Below, one piece after another: positions 10,645 to 21,738 of a DNA stretch of 64,000 nt. This stretch comes from a virus, in the IMG/VR virus record IMGVR_UViG_3300042868_013845, positions 18,877 to 82,876 of that record; one strand, 5' to 3'. A program made the position numbers and the translations under genes. The number at the start of each line of letters is the position of its first letter. Positions within the stretch are counted from its first letter, which is position 1. Below the pieces are notes generated by a model. The model was not told where the DNA came from, searched no databases, and saw only the letters and a list, made by a program, of their open reading frames with translations.

Positions 10645-12486
10645 TTATTCAAATGTTACTGTTATATCGACCGTATCTCCTTCATTTGGTAAATTTCCTT
10701 CTAAATAAAATTCTGTTTCTTCAGTAACTGTTACACTAATAGTACCACTTTGATTTGGCCAACTAGATGGATTGGCTAATGCAAACTGAGCACTTAAGTT
10801 TTCATTTGAAGTATCAGGCTGAAGAAGATACAGCGTGTCTGGTGTGCCTCCTGAAAATGTAGCACCGTAGTTAGGAGTCCCTTTTAAATTAATATTATGA
10901 GATCCCCATGACTGTGTGATGAAATTGGAAGCTGAAATAGTTACAGTGTATGTTCCAGCAGGAACCGTAACGGTATTTGATCCAGTAAATGCACCGTAAG
11001 TTCCTCCAACAATACTTTCAGATAATGTATAGGTGCCGCCACCTTGATCTCCAGATCCAGCTAAAAGAATGCTAATATCGTTATTGTCTTTAAACCATAC
11101 AGAATCGCCATATTGCAATAATAATACACGCCCTTCATCCGCAGGCTCTAATTGATTTGGAGCAGTATTTAAACGAGCTTGTAGTGCAGCCGTATCAATA
11201 CCACTTCGTGAAGCTGTGGTTAATACTCCACCAGGTCCTGTAGTTACAACTTGATCTGCAGTACTGCCAATTGCACCCGCCGCTGTAATATTACCATGAC
11301 TGTGTGATGCAGCTGCAAATGCCGTTGATGCTGAAGTTGCTGCAGTGCCTAAGCCTAATGCGGTGCGGTGAGCTGCTGCTGCTCCAGTGCCATATGTATA
11401 GCTCATAGAGTTAATTGTAAGAGTTCCTGCAACAGTTCCATTTGTAAGCTTGTCGGGAACTCCTGTCATACTTGCAGTTAATGCAACAGTACCGCTTGCA
11501 TTTGGAAAACCTATACTCCTAGAATCAGTTGCTAATTGTCCGTTAAGCAATACTACACCACCTGAATTTGTGCTTGCTAGAGTGATTGATCCGTTAGGAT
11601 AGACTCCAAGTAATGCGACATTTATTGTTGCAGTTCCGCTACTTAAACCTAATGCAGTACGATGTGCTGTTGCTACACCTGATCCATAATTAAATGTTTC
11701 ATTATTAAATGTTACTGCATCAGCAATTGTTATATCATTTGTTTCTACTGAGTCAATATCCAATACGGCAGTACCATCTGAAGTCGTAGAAACTGTTAAA
11801 CTATTTGGACCTTTTAAACTAACACCGGGTGATGGCCAATCTCCAGCACTTTTTGGTCCAAATAATACATAATTAATTCTATCAAGATAATAATCACCAT
11901 CAGCACCCCCAGATGGTGTTGATATCGTACCACTAATTATTGTATTACCATCTGCACCGTTTGCACCGCTTGCGGCAACAGTTGCTCCAACCAATTCAGT
12001 CCATGTTCCGCTGCCAGAGGTACTATAGCTATAGATTCGTGGTCCAGTTGGAGAAAATAATGATACGCTGCTTACACCCAAACGAACAATAAAGAGTGTG
12101 CCATTTTTATTTAAAATATTGGCTATAGGCGGTGATGTTGACGATGTAGGCAATTGATTAACATAATCAACTACACCATCAATAGCAAGACCTCGTCCAG
12201 CTGGTCCCTTAACATTACCAAGCGGCTTGTCATTATTGTCAGAATAGATTGCGATCAAGTCACCATCTGGTGTTAAATTAACATCGCGAACATGTAGCAA
12301 ATCATCTGATGTTGTTAAATTTATTTCAACAATCGGATTAACAAGATCATCACGATTTTTATAATAGAGTTTATTATCAGGAATGTTAATGAAGCATTCT
12401 CCAAGCAATAAATCACTATCAACTGGTTTTGCTCCAGGAACATTGCTATGGCGTAATATAATTCGAGATGGTGTTAGACTAGGCAT
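10645..12486 (-). CDS. Tail fibre protein (613 aa)
   Basis: N-terminal IILRHSNVPGAKP..LLLGECFINIPDNKLYYK, GADGDYYLD...LFGPK module, HSH motif. Confidence 0.75.
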   Translation of the reverse strand: MPSLTPSRIILRHSNVPGAKPVDSDLLLGECFINIPDNKLYYKNRDDLVNPIVEINLTTSDDLLHVRDVNLTPDGDLIAIYSDNNDKPLGNVKGPAGRGLAIDGVVDYVNQLPTSSTSPPIANILNKNGTLFIVRLGVSSVSLFSPTGPRIYSYSTSGSGTWTELVGATVAASGANGADGNTIISGTISTPSGGADGDYYLDRINYVLFGPKSAGDWPSPGVSLKGPNSLTVSTTSDGTAVLDIDSVETNDITIADAVTFNNETFNYGSGVATAHRTALGLSSGTATINVALLGVYPNGSITLASTNSGGVVLLNGQLATDSRSIGFPNASGTVALTASMTGVPDKLTNGTVAGTLTINSMSYTYGTGAAAAHRTALGLGTAATSASTAFAAASHSHGNITAAGAIGSTADQVVTTGPGGVLTTASRSGIDTAALQARLNTAPNQLEPADEGRVLLLQYGDSVWFKDNNDISILLAGSGDQGGGTYTLSESIVGGTYGAFTGSNTVTVPAGTYTVTISASNFITQSWGSHNINLKGTPNYGATFSGGTPDTLYLLQPDTSNENLSAQFALANPSSWPNQSGTISVTVTEETEFYLEGNLPNEGDTVDITVTFE

Positions 12487-12501
12487 ATGAGTTTATTTAT
12501 C

Positions 12502-15500
12502 TTATAGAATATCACGATCAATCTTCTTAAATTGAGGAAATGTTTTGAGTACAGTTGAAACTGGGAAATATGATCGTGTTACTTCTGTGCCTGTAACATA
12601 GACTCTTCCAATATCTTCACCCTCATCTTTACATAATATATATGTTTGATTCATCGCACCAGCTATATTAACAATATTATCTGGATTTTCTGGAAAGATA
12701 AGTTTAGCATATTTTGGTGTTGCTGCATTTAAAGATACACTTGTACCAAGCACATAACCAGTATTTACTCCTCCAGCATAAATTTCAAAAATACCACTAT
12801 TTGTAGCTGTTTCAGTAATTACAAATATGCGAGTAAGATTTGCATCATCAATAATGAAAAAGTCATGTACTCTGCCTTGCAGACCAACATTTGTCCATAC
12901 TAAAGTATTACCAGCGCTTGCACTTCCACTATTTGCGCAACCACTTGCACGATTACCAGCAAAATATAATACTCCATTGCTTGATAATAGAAATGAAATT
13001 GCACTATAATTACATGTTTGTATTTTACTTATCTTATTAGATTCTAAACCTGAACCAGCAAATGCAGCTGCTCTCGGCAGAGTTGGATTATCTAAATTGT
13101 TTATAGCTAAACGACCATTTGTATTTAATCCACCAACAAGAAGTTTGTCAGTTAGAATATCAGATTCAGGCAAACGATCAAGTAATCCTGTTGGAAGAGG
13201 AGATGTGAAAGTAAAACCTTTTCTTAATATAATGCCATCACCTGAAGCAACTGCAGCACCACCACGAGAAACACTAATATCAACAATGCCCTTTAATCGG
13301 CCTCGATATGTGTTAAGAGCTCCAATACCATCAGTCGTATTATTTTTTAATGATACAATTTTTTCTGTACTATTGCTAATAAATGCAAGTCGCGCACCAT
13401 CTTCTAGAGTACTAAATAATCTAAATTGAGTTGATCGATTTGCACCAGATGCATCTCCTAAAATAATATAACGATTTGTTGTTTTAAATGTCAATACATC
13501 AAAGTCAGATAGACCATGCGGTGGTACTTGACCATTAACAGGTGTGCGTTCAAAAATAGTACCAGATTGTGTAGGTAATGTTGCATTTAACACTCTAAAT
13601 GTGCTTGTCGCATTATTTGACGATTGATCACTTAGCATTGGAACAAAGTCAGTAATTGATCCAGTTGTCAAATTACCAAATGCACCTTTGCGATTTATAC
13701 CTGCACACCATATCTCATTATCTGCTTCATTTCCTGGTTTTCCAACAATTACATAATGAGCATCATATGTACGTACTACCTTTTTAATATACCAATTATA
13801 ATCGGAAAAACTTTCAGTTGATAATCCAGTTTGTGTTCTCCATGCAGCTATTGCATCATTTTCAGTTGTTGCGAGACCTCCTGCTGTTATTGCATTTGGT
13901 TTAAACCAGTTAAATCTCTTACGAATCTTTTCACCAGATTCGCTTGCTAGCAGTGTGCTTAATGCACTAGTACTTGCTTTAATTGCAGTTTTTTCTGCAG
14001 AGGTTAATGCAAAATTATACCAAAGATTTCTTCCAGGTGAATCAAATCCTGGTCCCCAAACAAGTGGACCAGTTGTTGCCGAGGTTGGTGTTGTATTTCC
14101 TCGACCAAATTGACCTTCTGCATTACGTCCAGCACTTATATAATAGCCGCGAGTATATGGTACAGTTCCATTAAAATAATTAACTAATCCAGATGATGGA
14201 TTAATATTCACATAAGCATTACCATAACCATCTTTTGTTTTGATTGTTATATTTGTATTCTCATCATCAGAACCAGCTATACCTGTTACACTATCAACCA
14301 ATACTGCATTTGCTGGCCAAGAAGCTTGAAGCGGTAAAAATGCAGGCAATAATTGTCGAATTTGTGTTGTATTGCTATATGGATTAGTTGGAAAAAATGC
14401 ACTATTGTAATAGCTACTAAATTCAGTAAGACCACGACTATTTGCCGCAATATCACCTCTTTTGTTTTCACCATAACCATAAATGACATCATTATGATCA
14501 GTGAAAAAGAATTGATCGGGTGTTGCAAATGTACTTTTTAGTGATGTAACTTTTCCAAAATTAGATCCAAATGGGCTAATAGCATTTAATGTAACATCGG
14601 AGTCAATTGAACCTGAAGCAAGAGTGGCTGTTGCAACTGTTCTCCATGCTCGACCTGCTCCACTTTTATCAACAATACTAAATGAATTTTTAGCATCGCT
14701 ATAACCTGAACCATCAACTGATTGCATTAGATCATAGCAACTGCCTTCAACTCCGCCTGCTAATACACGTGTATCAACATAAAGTTTATTTGCAGCATCA
14801 GTATCATCTACAGGAGTTGCTGTTGTTAAACGATTATTAGTATAACGAGGAATATTTGTTTTTAGTTCAAGTTTCTTCGTATCTGTATTAAATTGAAAAA
14901 CATTAGTATCAGCATTAAGTCCAATTTGAGTAATACCATTTGTTAAACTTGAATTAGTTTTTGGAGTAGTGCCATTTGATTCAAAAAATGATATGCCATT
15001 GCCTTTAGTTAAACCAAATGTAGAAACCGGATCGGCCAAAAATTTTATAAGTTTAACTGTATTAGGAGAACCACTTGTTGAATTAGGTGATAATGTAGCG
15101 GATATCGGAAATGTAGGTGGAATAGGTGGAGTAACTACGTTATTAAGTAAATAAATAAGATTTAGAAATGGACTATTTGCATTAGTTGCAGTAATCGTTC
15201 CTCCATTTAAGATAAGCCAACCATAGAAGTTTGTATCATCAGGTATATGTCCATATGCAATTCCTCCAGGTGTACCTTCAGCTTCCCATTCTTCAGCCTT
15301 TGTAGTATCAATATCAATGATTGTACCAATCGGTAATATTTCTTTTGTTGGTGTCACAGTTAATAATGCATCTTGCACGTGCAAAGCAATTTCTTCTGCA
15401 AGATTCTGATCTGTCACCCATGATATAGTTCCACCACTAGAAGTTAGATATGAAGTTCCACCTGGTAAAGATGGAAAATTCCATATATTATTAGTACCAA

Positions 15501-15972
15501 ACTTAATTTGTGAATTTGCAACTTCTAAATTAACATTATTAGCAATCCTAAAAATTCCACCTGATACTGCATAATCAAGAATTAAAGTATTAGATGTTGA
15601 AGCAGTTGGAAAACTTAAACTAAATTCATTTGCTGTTGGATTTGATAATAGGTTAATGCCATTTTCTCCAATAAAATTGATATTACCATCAATGCCATAT
15701 TTAAAATTTAACCTTTCAAGAGCAATATCTCCATTAATAAGATTATTTTGATTTAAATCACCAGATAATGTAACGGCTGCATTAAAAACAGTAGTATTAT
15801 TAAATGTTTTAGCTCCAGTAATAGATTGAGCTAAAACAACATTAACATATTCGTCATCAATAGCAAACTCGGTAGTTTTCAATTCAGTAACAATATTATT
15901 GAATCGATCAATCCACACTTTAAAATTATCGCTATATGCGATAGGCTCAATACTGTTTAGTATATTACTCAT
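12502..15972 (-). CDS. Baseplate-attached fibre/receptor-binding protein with tail-collar and RCC1-like repeats
   Basis: N-terminal SDNFKVWIDRFN, collar-like LPIGTII...GWLILNG, repeated GxNxxGxxG (GRNAEGQFG, GINRKGAFG, GLNTNGRLA). Confidence 0.7.
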   Translation of the reverse strand: MSNILNSIEPIAYSDNFKVWIDRFNNIVTELKTTEFAIDDEYVNVVLAQSITGAKTFNNTTVFNAAVTLSGDLNQNNLINGDIALERLNFKYGIDGNINFIGENGINLLSNPTANEFSLSFPTASTSNTLILDYAVSGGIFRIANNVNLEVANSQIKFGTNNIWNFPSLPGGTSYLTSSGGTISWVTDQNLAEEIALHVQDALLTVTPTKEILPIGTIIDIDTTKAEEWEAEGTPGGIAYGHIPDDTNFYGWLILNGGTITATNANSPFLNLIYLLNNVVTPPIPPTFPISATLSPNSTSGSPNTVKLIKFLADPVSTFGLTKGNGISFFESNGTTPKTNSSLTNGITQIGLNADTNVFQFNTDTKKLELKTNIPRYTNNRLTTATPVDDTDAANKLYVDTRVLAGGVEGSCYDLMQSVDGSGYSDAKNSFSIVDKSGAGRAWRTVATATLASGSIDSDVTLNAISPFGSNFGKVTSLKSTFATPDQFFFTDHNDVIYGYGENKRGDIAANSRGLTEFSSYYNSAFFPTNPYSNTTQIRQLLPAFLPLQASWPANAVLVDSVTGIAGSDDENTNITIKTKDGYGNAYVNINPSSGLVNYFNGTVPYTRGYYISAGRNAEGQFGRGNTTPTSATTGPLVWGPGFDSPGRNLWYNFALTSAEKTAIKASTSALSTLLASESGEKIRKRFNWFKPNAITAGGLATTENDAIAAWRTQTGLSTESFSDYNWYIKKVVRTYDAHYVIVGKPGNEADNEIWCAGINRKGAFGNLTTGSITDFVPMLSDQSSNNATSTFRVLNATLPTQSGTIFERTPVNGQVPPHGLSDFDVLTFKTTNRYIILGDASGANRSTQFRLFSTLEDGARLAFISNSTEKIVSLKNNTTDGIGALNTYRGRLKGIVDISVSRGGAAVASGDGIILRKGFTFTSPLPTGLLDRLPESDILTDKLLVGGLNTNGRLAINNLDNPTLPRAAAFAGSGLESNKISKIQTCNYSAISFLLSSNGVLYFAGNRASGCANSGSASAGNTLVWTNVGLQGRVHDFFIIDDANLTRIFVITETATNSGIFEIYAGGVNTGYVLGTSVSLNAATPKYAKLIFPENPDNIVNIAGAMNQTYILCKDEGEDIGRVYVTGTEVTRSYFPVSTVLKTFPQFKKIDRDIL

Positions 15973-15982
15973 ATATTGTTAT

Positions 15983-16189
15983 TTATGCTAGTAAAGTTTG
16001 TATTTTTTTCTCTAATTCATGCACCCGCATCTCAAGACTATCAATTCTTTCTAATAGTTTTTTCTCATGAGTTGCACGTTTTTTTCGAGCTAATGCTGCT
16101 GCATATGCATCATTATCAACATTAATTACTGCTCCAGATCGCGGGTCTTTTGCAAGACCCGCATTGCCCTGAACTTTAACTAAACTCAT
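15983..16189 (-). CDS. Small conserved coiled-coil protein
   Basis: VKVQGNAGLAKDPRSGAVIN, typical of the gene after VrlC-like genes in T4-like phages. Confidence 0.7.
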   Translation of the reverse strand: MSLVKVQGNAGLAKDPRSGAVINVDNDAYAAALARKKRATHEKKLLERIDSLEMRVHELEKKIQTLLA

Positions 16190-19100
16190 AGTGTTGCAAT
16201 TGCTCTAAAGTTTCTTATTGTTGGAACGTCAATATAATCTTTTCCTCTAAATTCAATCTTAACTGCAAATTGTTTGAAATCAACATCTTCTTCGGGAAAA
16301 TTAATATTGAATTTTACTTCACTATATTTAGCTCTGTCACTATTAACAGGTATAACTGTTGGGCTTGTTGGTTTTAATTCAATCCAGTCAGATTCTGTTG
16401 GAACAGATAGAGCAAGATTATTTGAACCAATAATAACCTGATGTGTTGCAGCTAATGGTGTTGTTGATAGTGGTAATGTTACAGATGGTGCAATCAAATC
16501 ATATGGTGTTTCAACATCAATCGCTGTTGTTTCATTATAATAATAACGCCAAATGCCTTCAACATGTTGAACGTCAGTAATAATTGCAACCACATTTGCA
16601 CCTACAGTTGTTCCATTAGCTACTAATCTCCAACCAGGAACAACATTAGCATATTTCAATCCAGAATTTGGTGATTTTCTTGTGAAATATTTGTTACTAA
16701 TAGAATTATTATTCTCATCAAAGAATTGTCCAAAGACTTTAATATTTGATGATTTTGTAGGCAAATTAATATCAACTATAACATCAAGCTGATCTGCTGG
16801 TTCAGCGAGATATACTGGTTTTGAAAAATATCGGCTAGTTGCACCAGACTCTCTTATCGCATATTCTCTTGTCTCAAGACTAAGTGATTCGAGATCAATG
16901 ACTGGACTAATACGACTATCAGTTGTTGTTAAAGTTGTAGACAATCTAACATCATTTGTTGTATCAGTACCAATTGCAAAATTGCTATTAACTAGATTTT
17001 CAACTGGCTCTCCTGATTCAACACTATATGTTCTAGCGTTAGCGCCAGTATCAAGTTCAAGAATATTTGAAATTTGTGTTTTTCCACTAAGTTCAATAAA
17101 CTTCTGATTAAGATTAAATGCGCCAATTCGATATTGTGGACGTTTGCCTTGGAATGTTGCGCTTCGCGCATTATCTCCGATTTGAGTAACTGTAATCTCT
17201 GGATCACTTGCGTAGCCAGTTCCGGGCTCAGTAATATTAAATCCAACAATGGCTGTATTGATGCTATTGAATACTGGACTAACAACTGCAGTGCGACCAC
17301 CAGCTGGAGCAGCTGTAACAGCCACAGTTACATTAGCTGTTTCCCAACCAATGTTTTCAAAATCACCAGTTGTGGCAAATGATGAAATATCAACTCTATG
17401 TAAACCGCTGCCAATAACAGGATTAACAGCTAGTGTTCCGCTCGTCACATTGAAGCTAGCACGATTAATCTTGAATTTAAGATCTCGGTTTTGTGATGCT
17501 GACCATGTTGTTTTATTTGCACTAGTGAAAAATACACCAACTGCAGGCTGTTCAGAAATGATTGCTCCATTAGATGTAATATCAACTGCACCTAAATCTG
17601 CAATATATGCTTTATAACCATATGAACCGCTAAAGGCAACAACTGCATATTCAACGTTTGGCTCAAGATAAATCGGATTAGCAAATTCAAAGCGAGTCAT
17701 AAGTGATGAATCGTCGCTTACATTAATTTGACTGTTTGTCAAACTTGTTTCGCTGCCCGGTACAATAGTATCTGTTGGATAGCCATTAGCGACTGTCACA
17801 AGATATACCTGTACTTGAGCACTTCCTGCTGGAGGTTTCTGTGCAAATGCAAGTTCTACACTGCTTGCGAATATACCACAATCATCTTCAATTCTAAATG
17901 TTTGTGCAATCGGATCATTTTTACGTACGCAAATTCTGTTGCGTTGAACTTCTTGACGTTTTACACGTGGAACTTGTGTTGAAATTACAGTTTCACTGCT
18001 ATCAATATCAAGACCATTTGATATAAAGCGTGCTTCAGCAAAACTATCCTCTTCGTCTTTAATATTACGAGGACTATTTGTTAAGCGAAGTAATTTTTCT
18101 CCAGTTGAGAATTTAAAGTTTGAATCATTTGGTATGATAAACATAGCAACAATATTGCCATCGGCATCACTTACCAATTCAGAAGCCGTTGAATATTTCG
18201 CTAAGAGTTCTGTTTGTGATTTGCCTTCATCAACTGTCAAGTTATAGGTTGCACTATTAAATGTAGTTGGCAATAATTTTACAAATTGTGTAACATCTTT
18301 ACCATCGAAAAATGCATAGAATCGTGTATTTGGTTTTACACTTGCCACATCAACAAGAACAGATCGTGTTCTCATATATGTTGAGATCTTTACATCTTTG
18401 ACATAATCACCTAAACTTTGTTCAACGTCTTCAAAAGCAAGATCAGTTTGTACTCCACTTGCTACTTGGTTTTGAATAGTAATTCTCTTTTTCTTTTTAC
18501 CGAAAAGACCACCGAAAAGACCACCAAATTTATTAGAAAATTTACCAATATCAACACCTGTTGCGCCATTAGCCTGTAAGAATTTAAGAGCAGCTTTTTT
18601 GTTTTTAACTTTCTTAGAAACACTTGATGTTGTTACCCATGAATTCCATTGTGTGCCAGTAAAACCAGCTTCATTTGCGAAATCTCGCAACACACTATCA
18701 AATCCATCATAGAGCTCAACTGATGTTTGAGCTTGTTCTGTTTTTTCAGACCAGGTATCAACTTCTGGAGTCAGATTTATAATACCAACATCAGCGCTCT
18801 GCTCATGCGGTTGTAGATCAATAAATTGACTAGCTGAAGATTGTGTCAAATAATCAACATCTGTTTCACCATATGATAAAAATGCTTTATTATTTTTAAT
18901 AGTAATTCCATTTACTTTCGCATTTGGATTAAATGGTATGCTATATCCAGTATGATACGGATAGAGTATGCCTCGTTCACTATCGATTGAGCATAAAAAC
19001 TCTGGTTGAGAACTATCGCTAACATCTAGGTTTCTAAAACCATCTGTGATAAATCCATTTTTGAATTTTTCACCATCTGTGCCAAAAATACTACGTTCAT

Positions 19101-21738
19101 TTGCATCTCTTTCTAATAGAGATAAACTTGTATAATATTCAATAGCGCCAATTCGTTTTTCGATATTTCCAATATCTTGCATTGTATAACGACGATTTTC
19201 AATAAATCGAACATCTACATCAGTTGCATTTGCAGTAAATTGTGGCACATAGAGTGCATATATTGCCATGCCATCATCTGGTATATTTGGCAATTTAGGA
19301 TCAAGATCTGCTTGACCACTAATAACTCTTAGACTATTATCACTGTTAACAGAAATTAAATCAATACGTGGCAAATAAAAGTCAATTTGTGCAGTGATTG
19401 CACTATAAGGATCAAGACTCAAACGTAATTGGTTTGGCAAAGATCTACAATCAATACTGTCACTTAAAACGATATCACCATATGTTGGAATTTCATCAAG
19501 TGGCGCCTGTGTTGAAGTTGCAATATTCCCGACCTTATAGCTATTAACCGTATAATATTTTCCTCCTGCATTTCTAAATTCCCAATAAGTAACTTCAAGA
19601 GTCGTAGCAGTTCCACCGCCGATTTTTCTGACCTTTGCATTAACATATACATTATCACGTTGACCATCATCAACTAAAACCCAATTTGCAGTATCAGTAA
19701 TACTAATTGCATGATATACACCATCGAGTTTATAAATGTCACCTTCATCTGCTATTAAATTAACCGATTTAGTAGTTTTTAATTTTATACCAAAATCAGC
19801 TCCATCAATATTTCCAGTTTCTGTTACAATAACCGAAACTGTAGTACCAGCTAACAATGTAGTATCAAAGACAATTCGAATGCCATTTCCATTTGGTATA
19901 ATATAATAACCAGATGTTATAATTTCTCCATTCTTTGCAACGACTATATTATTTCGACTCGCATCATATGATCTTCCTGAAGGTCCTTCTTCTGAAGGAG
20001 AAAAGTCAACAAAATTAGTATTTGTCAACAATGTGTTTGTATCAGACAGACGGCGACTAACAACCAAATTCTCAACACTAGTAATTGCCTCATGCGGAAA
20101 TTGAAAGATTGAATCGGTATTGTTAATATCATTAAGAGCAACACCATTTGGTTTTTCGACCGTAAAACTAAATTTTCCATAGCTGGCGATGGGAACATCT
20201 GACGCTATTACTACAACATCGTTAAAGCGAGCACCATCATCTAAAACTATATCATAGAGATATAGTTTTGCATTAATCTGATCTGCGTCTTTTATACCTT
20301 CCGGTTCAATGCCTGATATTTTTGTAGTGCCAATGTCAAGTCCCTTTGAATCATATAGTACATAACTGACATTATCATTTTCAAAAACTGGCAAACCGCT
20401 GCTGCCATTATCAATGTTTCCAGCACCATAACCATAACCATTATATTGATTATAGCTGCTATTATAATAACCAGTATAACCCGTGACATAATTGCCATAT
20501 AATGCACTCGTCGCAGCATTATATTTTGTTCTTTGACCTCGTTCAAATGTCAAATCGGTATATGTTTTTTTGGCTTTAGGAATAACTAAATTACTAGGAG
20601 CAAGAGTCTCAACTCTTTTTCCTTTTACATAAGCAACTCCAGGAGAAAGCTTTGCAACGAAATAATCAGATGCATCAGTTGAAGATATGCCTGTAAAATC
20701 AAGCACATCTTGAGGAGAGGTATAGATCGCATTATAATCTGAACCGAATAATTCTTTGAGCTCAAGCTCGAAATTCTTTACAGTATAATTACCAGATTCT
20801 TCATAAGTTCTACGAGCAAGAGTATCTTCAAGAGCAGCGCCGCTTTGATCAATGCCATTATATTGAATATAAATTTCGTTTGATCGTATATCAGCGAGCT
20901 TAATAGCATTTTCAGCAATACTTAATTCTTCTGCTGTTAAAAGTTTTAATGTTAAAACGATTTGATAACGATCTGCACCAGATTCTAAAAAGTTACTTGT
21001 ATTTGATGCATTATCATTTAATGTAGAATCATCAATTGAATCAATATAATTCTCTTCGACCAAGAAATAAGCAAATCCGTTGAAATTATCACTAGCTGTG
21101 TCGAGTGGTCTTGCCGCATATTGTCTTTGTGAGGCAACCATGCTGCCTCTTACAAAATAAATGCCAGCATCTGCTGTTAAACCAACTGCTTTTTTATAAG
21201 CAAGAGGAGTTAGCGTATATTCATCAGTAATAAAATCACCATATGATAGTGTTAACTCTTCGTTTGATGAAATGACATTTTCAATTGGAGTGCCTTCAAT
21301 GTTTTTATAATAGATGCGATGAGTTGCTCCTTCAGTTGAATTGCTAACAGACTCAATGGCAGTAACTGATGCTTTACTAATAGCATTAGTAGAATCAGTT
21401 GTTTGTCGCGTAATTTTAAGAAGAGTTAAATCCTCTTGAAATTGAGTAAGCAGTGATTCTGTTATTTGACTATCTGTTGAAAATTCAATACAACCAATAG
21501 CTGAATCAAATGTAATTTGTCCACCGACAACTTGGCTATTAGGTTTAAATAGTCCAGATCCAAGACGATCAATCTGAGCTTGTAACATGCTCTGAGCCTG
21601 GTTAAGTTCACGTGTTTGAACATTAACTCCTGGCTTAAAAAGAACTCGCAAATAGTTTTTATCGATGGGAGATTTCCCATTAACATCTGGAATATTTAGA
21701 TCGTCAAAATAATCTTGGTTTTTGGTAGTAATTGCCAT
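16186..21738 (-). CDS. VrlC-like (DUF4815) large structural protein
   Basis: YFDD..RVLFKPGVNVQTRELNQAQS, LARRTYEESGNY, RRYTMQDIGNIEKRI, FKNGFITDGF, DPIAQTF. Confidence 0.88.
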   Translation of the reverse strand: MAITTKNQDYFDDLNIPDVNGKSPIDKNYLRVLFKPGVNVQTRELNQAQSMLQAQIDRLGSGLFKPNSQVVGGQITFDSAIGCIEFSTDSQITESLLTQFQEDLTLLKITRQTTDSTNAISKASVTAIESVSNSTEGATHRIYYKNIEGTPIENVISSNEELTLSYGDFITDEYTLTPLAYKKAVGLTADAGIYFVRGSMVASQRQYAARPLDTASDNFNGFAYFLVEENYIDSIDDSTLNDNASNTSNFLESGADRYQIVLTLKLLTAEELSIAENAIKLADIRSNEIYIQYNGIDQSGAALEDTLARRTYEESGNYTVKNFELELKELFGSDYNAIYTSPQDVLDFTGISSTDASDYFVAKLSPGVAYVKGKRVETLAPSNLVIPKAKKTYTDLTFERGQRTKYNAATSALYGNYVTGYTGYYNSSYNQYNGYGYGAGNIDNGSSGLPVFENDNVSYVLYDSKGLDIGTTKISGIEPEGIKDADQINAKLYLYDIVLDDGARFNDVVVIASDVPIASYGKFSFTVEKPNGVALNDINNTDSIFQFPHEAITSVENLVVSRRLSDTNTLLTNTNFVDFSPSEEGPSGRSYDASRNNIVVAKNGEIITSGYYIIPNGNGIRIVFDTTLLAGTTVSVIVTETGNIDGADFGIKLKTTKSVNLIADEGDIYKLDGVYHAISITDTANWVLVDDGQRDNVYVNAKVRKIGGGTATTLEVTYWEFRNAGGKYYTVNSYKVGNIATSTQAPLDEIPTYGDIVLSDSIDCRSLPNQLRLSLDPYSAITAQIDFYLPRIDLISVNSDNSLRVISGQADLDPKLPNIPDDGMAIYALYVPQFTANATDVDVRFIENRRYTMQDIGNIEKRIGAIEYYTSLSLLERDANERSIFGTDGEKFKNGFITDGFRNLDVSDSSQPEFLCSIDSERGILYPYHTGYSIPFNPNAKVNGITIKNNKAFLSYGETDVDYLTQSSASQFIDLQPHEQSADVGIINLTPEVDTWSEKTEQAQTSVELYDGFDSVLRDFANEAGFTGTQWNSWVTTSSVSKKVKNKKAALKFLQANGATGVDIGKFSNKFGGLFGGLFGKKKKRITIQNQVASGVQTDLAFEDVEQSLGDYVKDVKISTYMRTRSVLVDVASVKPNTRFYAFFDGKDVTQFVKLLPTTFNSATYNLTVDEGKSQTELLAKYSTASELVSDADGNIVAMFIIPNDSNFKFSTGEKLLRLTNSPRNIKDEEDSFAEARFISNGLDIDSSETVISTQVPRVKRQEVQRNRICVRKNDPIAQTFRIEDDCGIFASSVELAFAQKPPAGSAQVQVYLVTVANGYPTDTIVPGSETSLTNSQINVSDDSSLMTRFEFANPIYLEPNVEYAVVAFSGSYGYKAYIADLGAVDITSNGAIISEQPAVGVFFTSANKTTWSASQNRDLKFKINRASFNVTSGTLAVNPVIGSGLHRVDISSFATTGDFENIGWETANVTVAVTAAPAGGRTAVVSPVFNSINTAIVGFNITEPGTGYASDPEITVTQIGDNARSATFQGKRPQYRIGAFNLNQKFIELSGKTQISNILELDTGANARTYSVESGEPVENLVNSNFAIGTDTTNDVRLSTTLTTTDSRISPVIDLESLSLETREYAIRESGATSRYFSKPVYLAEPADQLDVIVDINLPTKSSNIKVFGQFFDENNNSISNKYFTRKSPNSGLKYANVVPGWRLVANGTTVGANVVAIITDVQHVEGIWRYYYNETTAIDVETPYDLIAPSVTLPLSTTPLAATHQVIIGSNNLALSVPTESDWIELKPTSPTVIPVNSDRAKYSEVKFNINFPEEDVDFKQFAVKIEFRGKDYIDVPTIRNFRAIATL

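Noticed and set aside
3105-15972. Diversity-generating retroelement acting on fibre tips
   Set aside because: No reverse transcriptase and no adenine-specific TR/VR pair noticed; the fibre duplication differs at all base types
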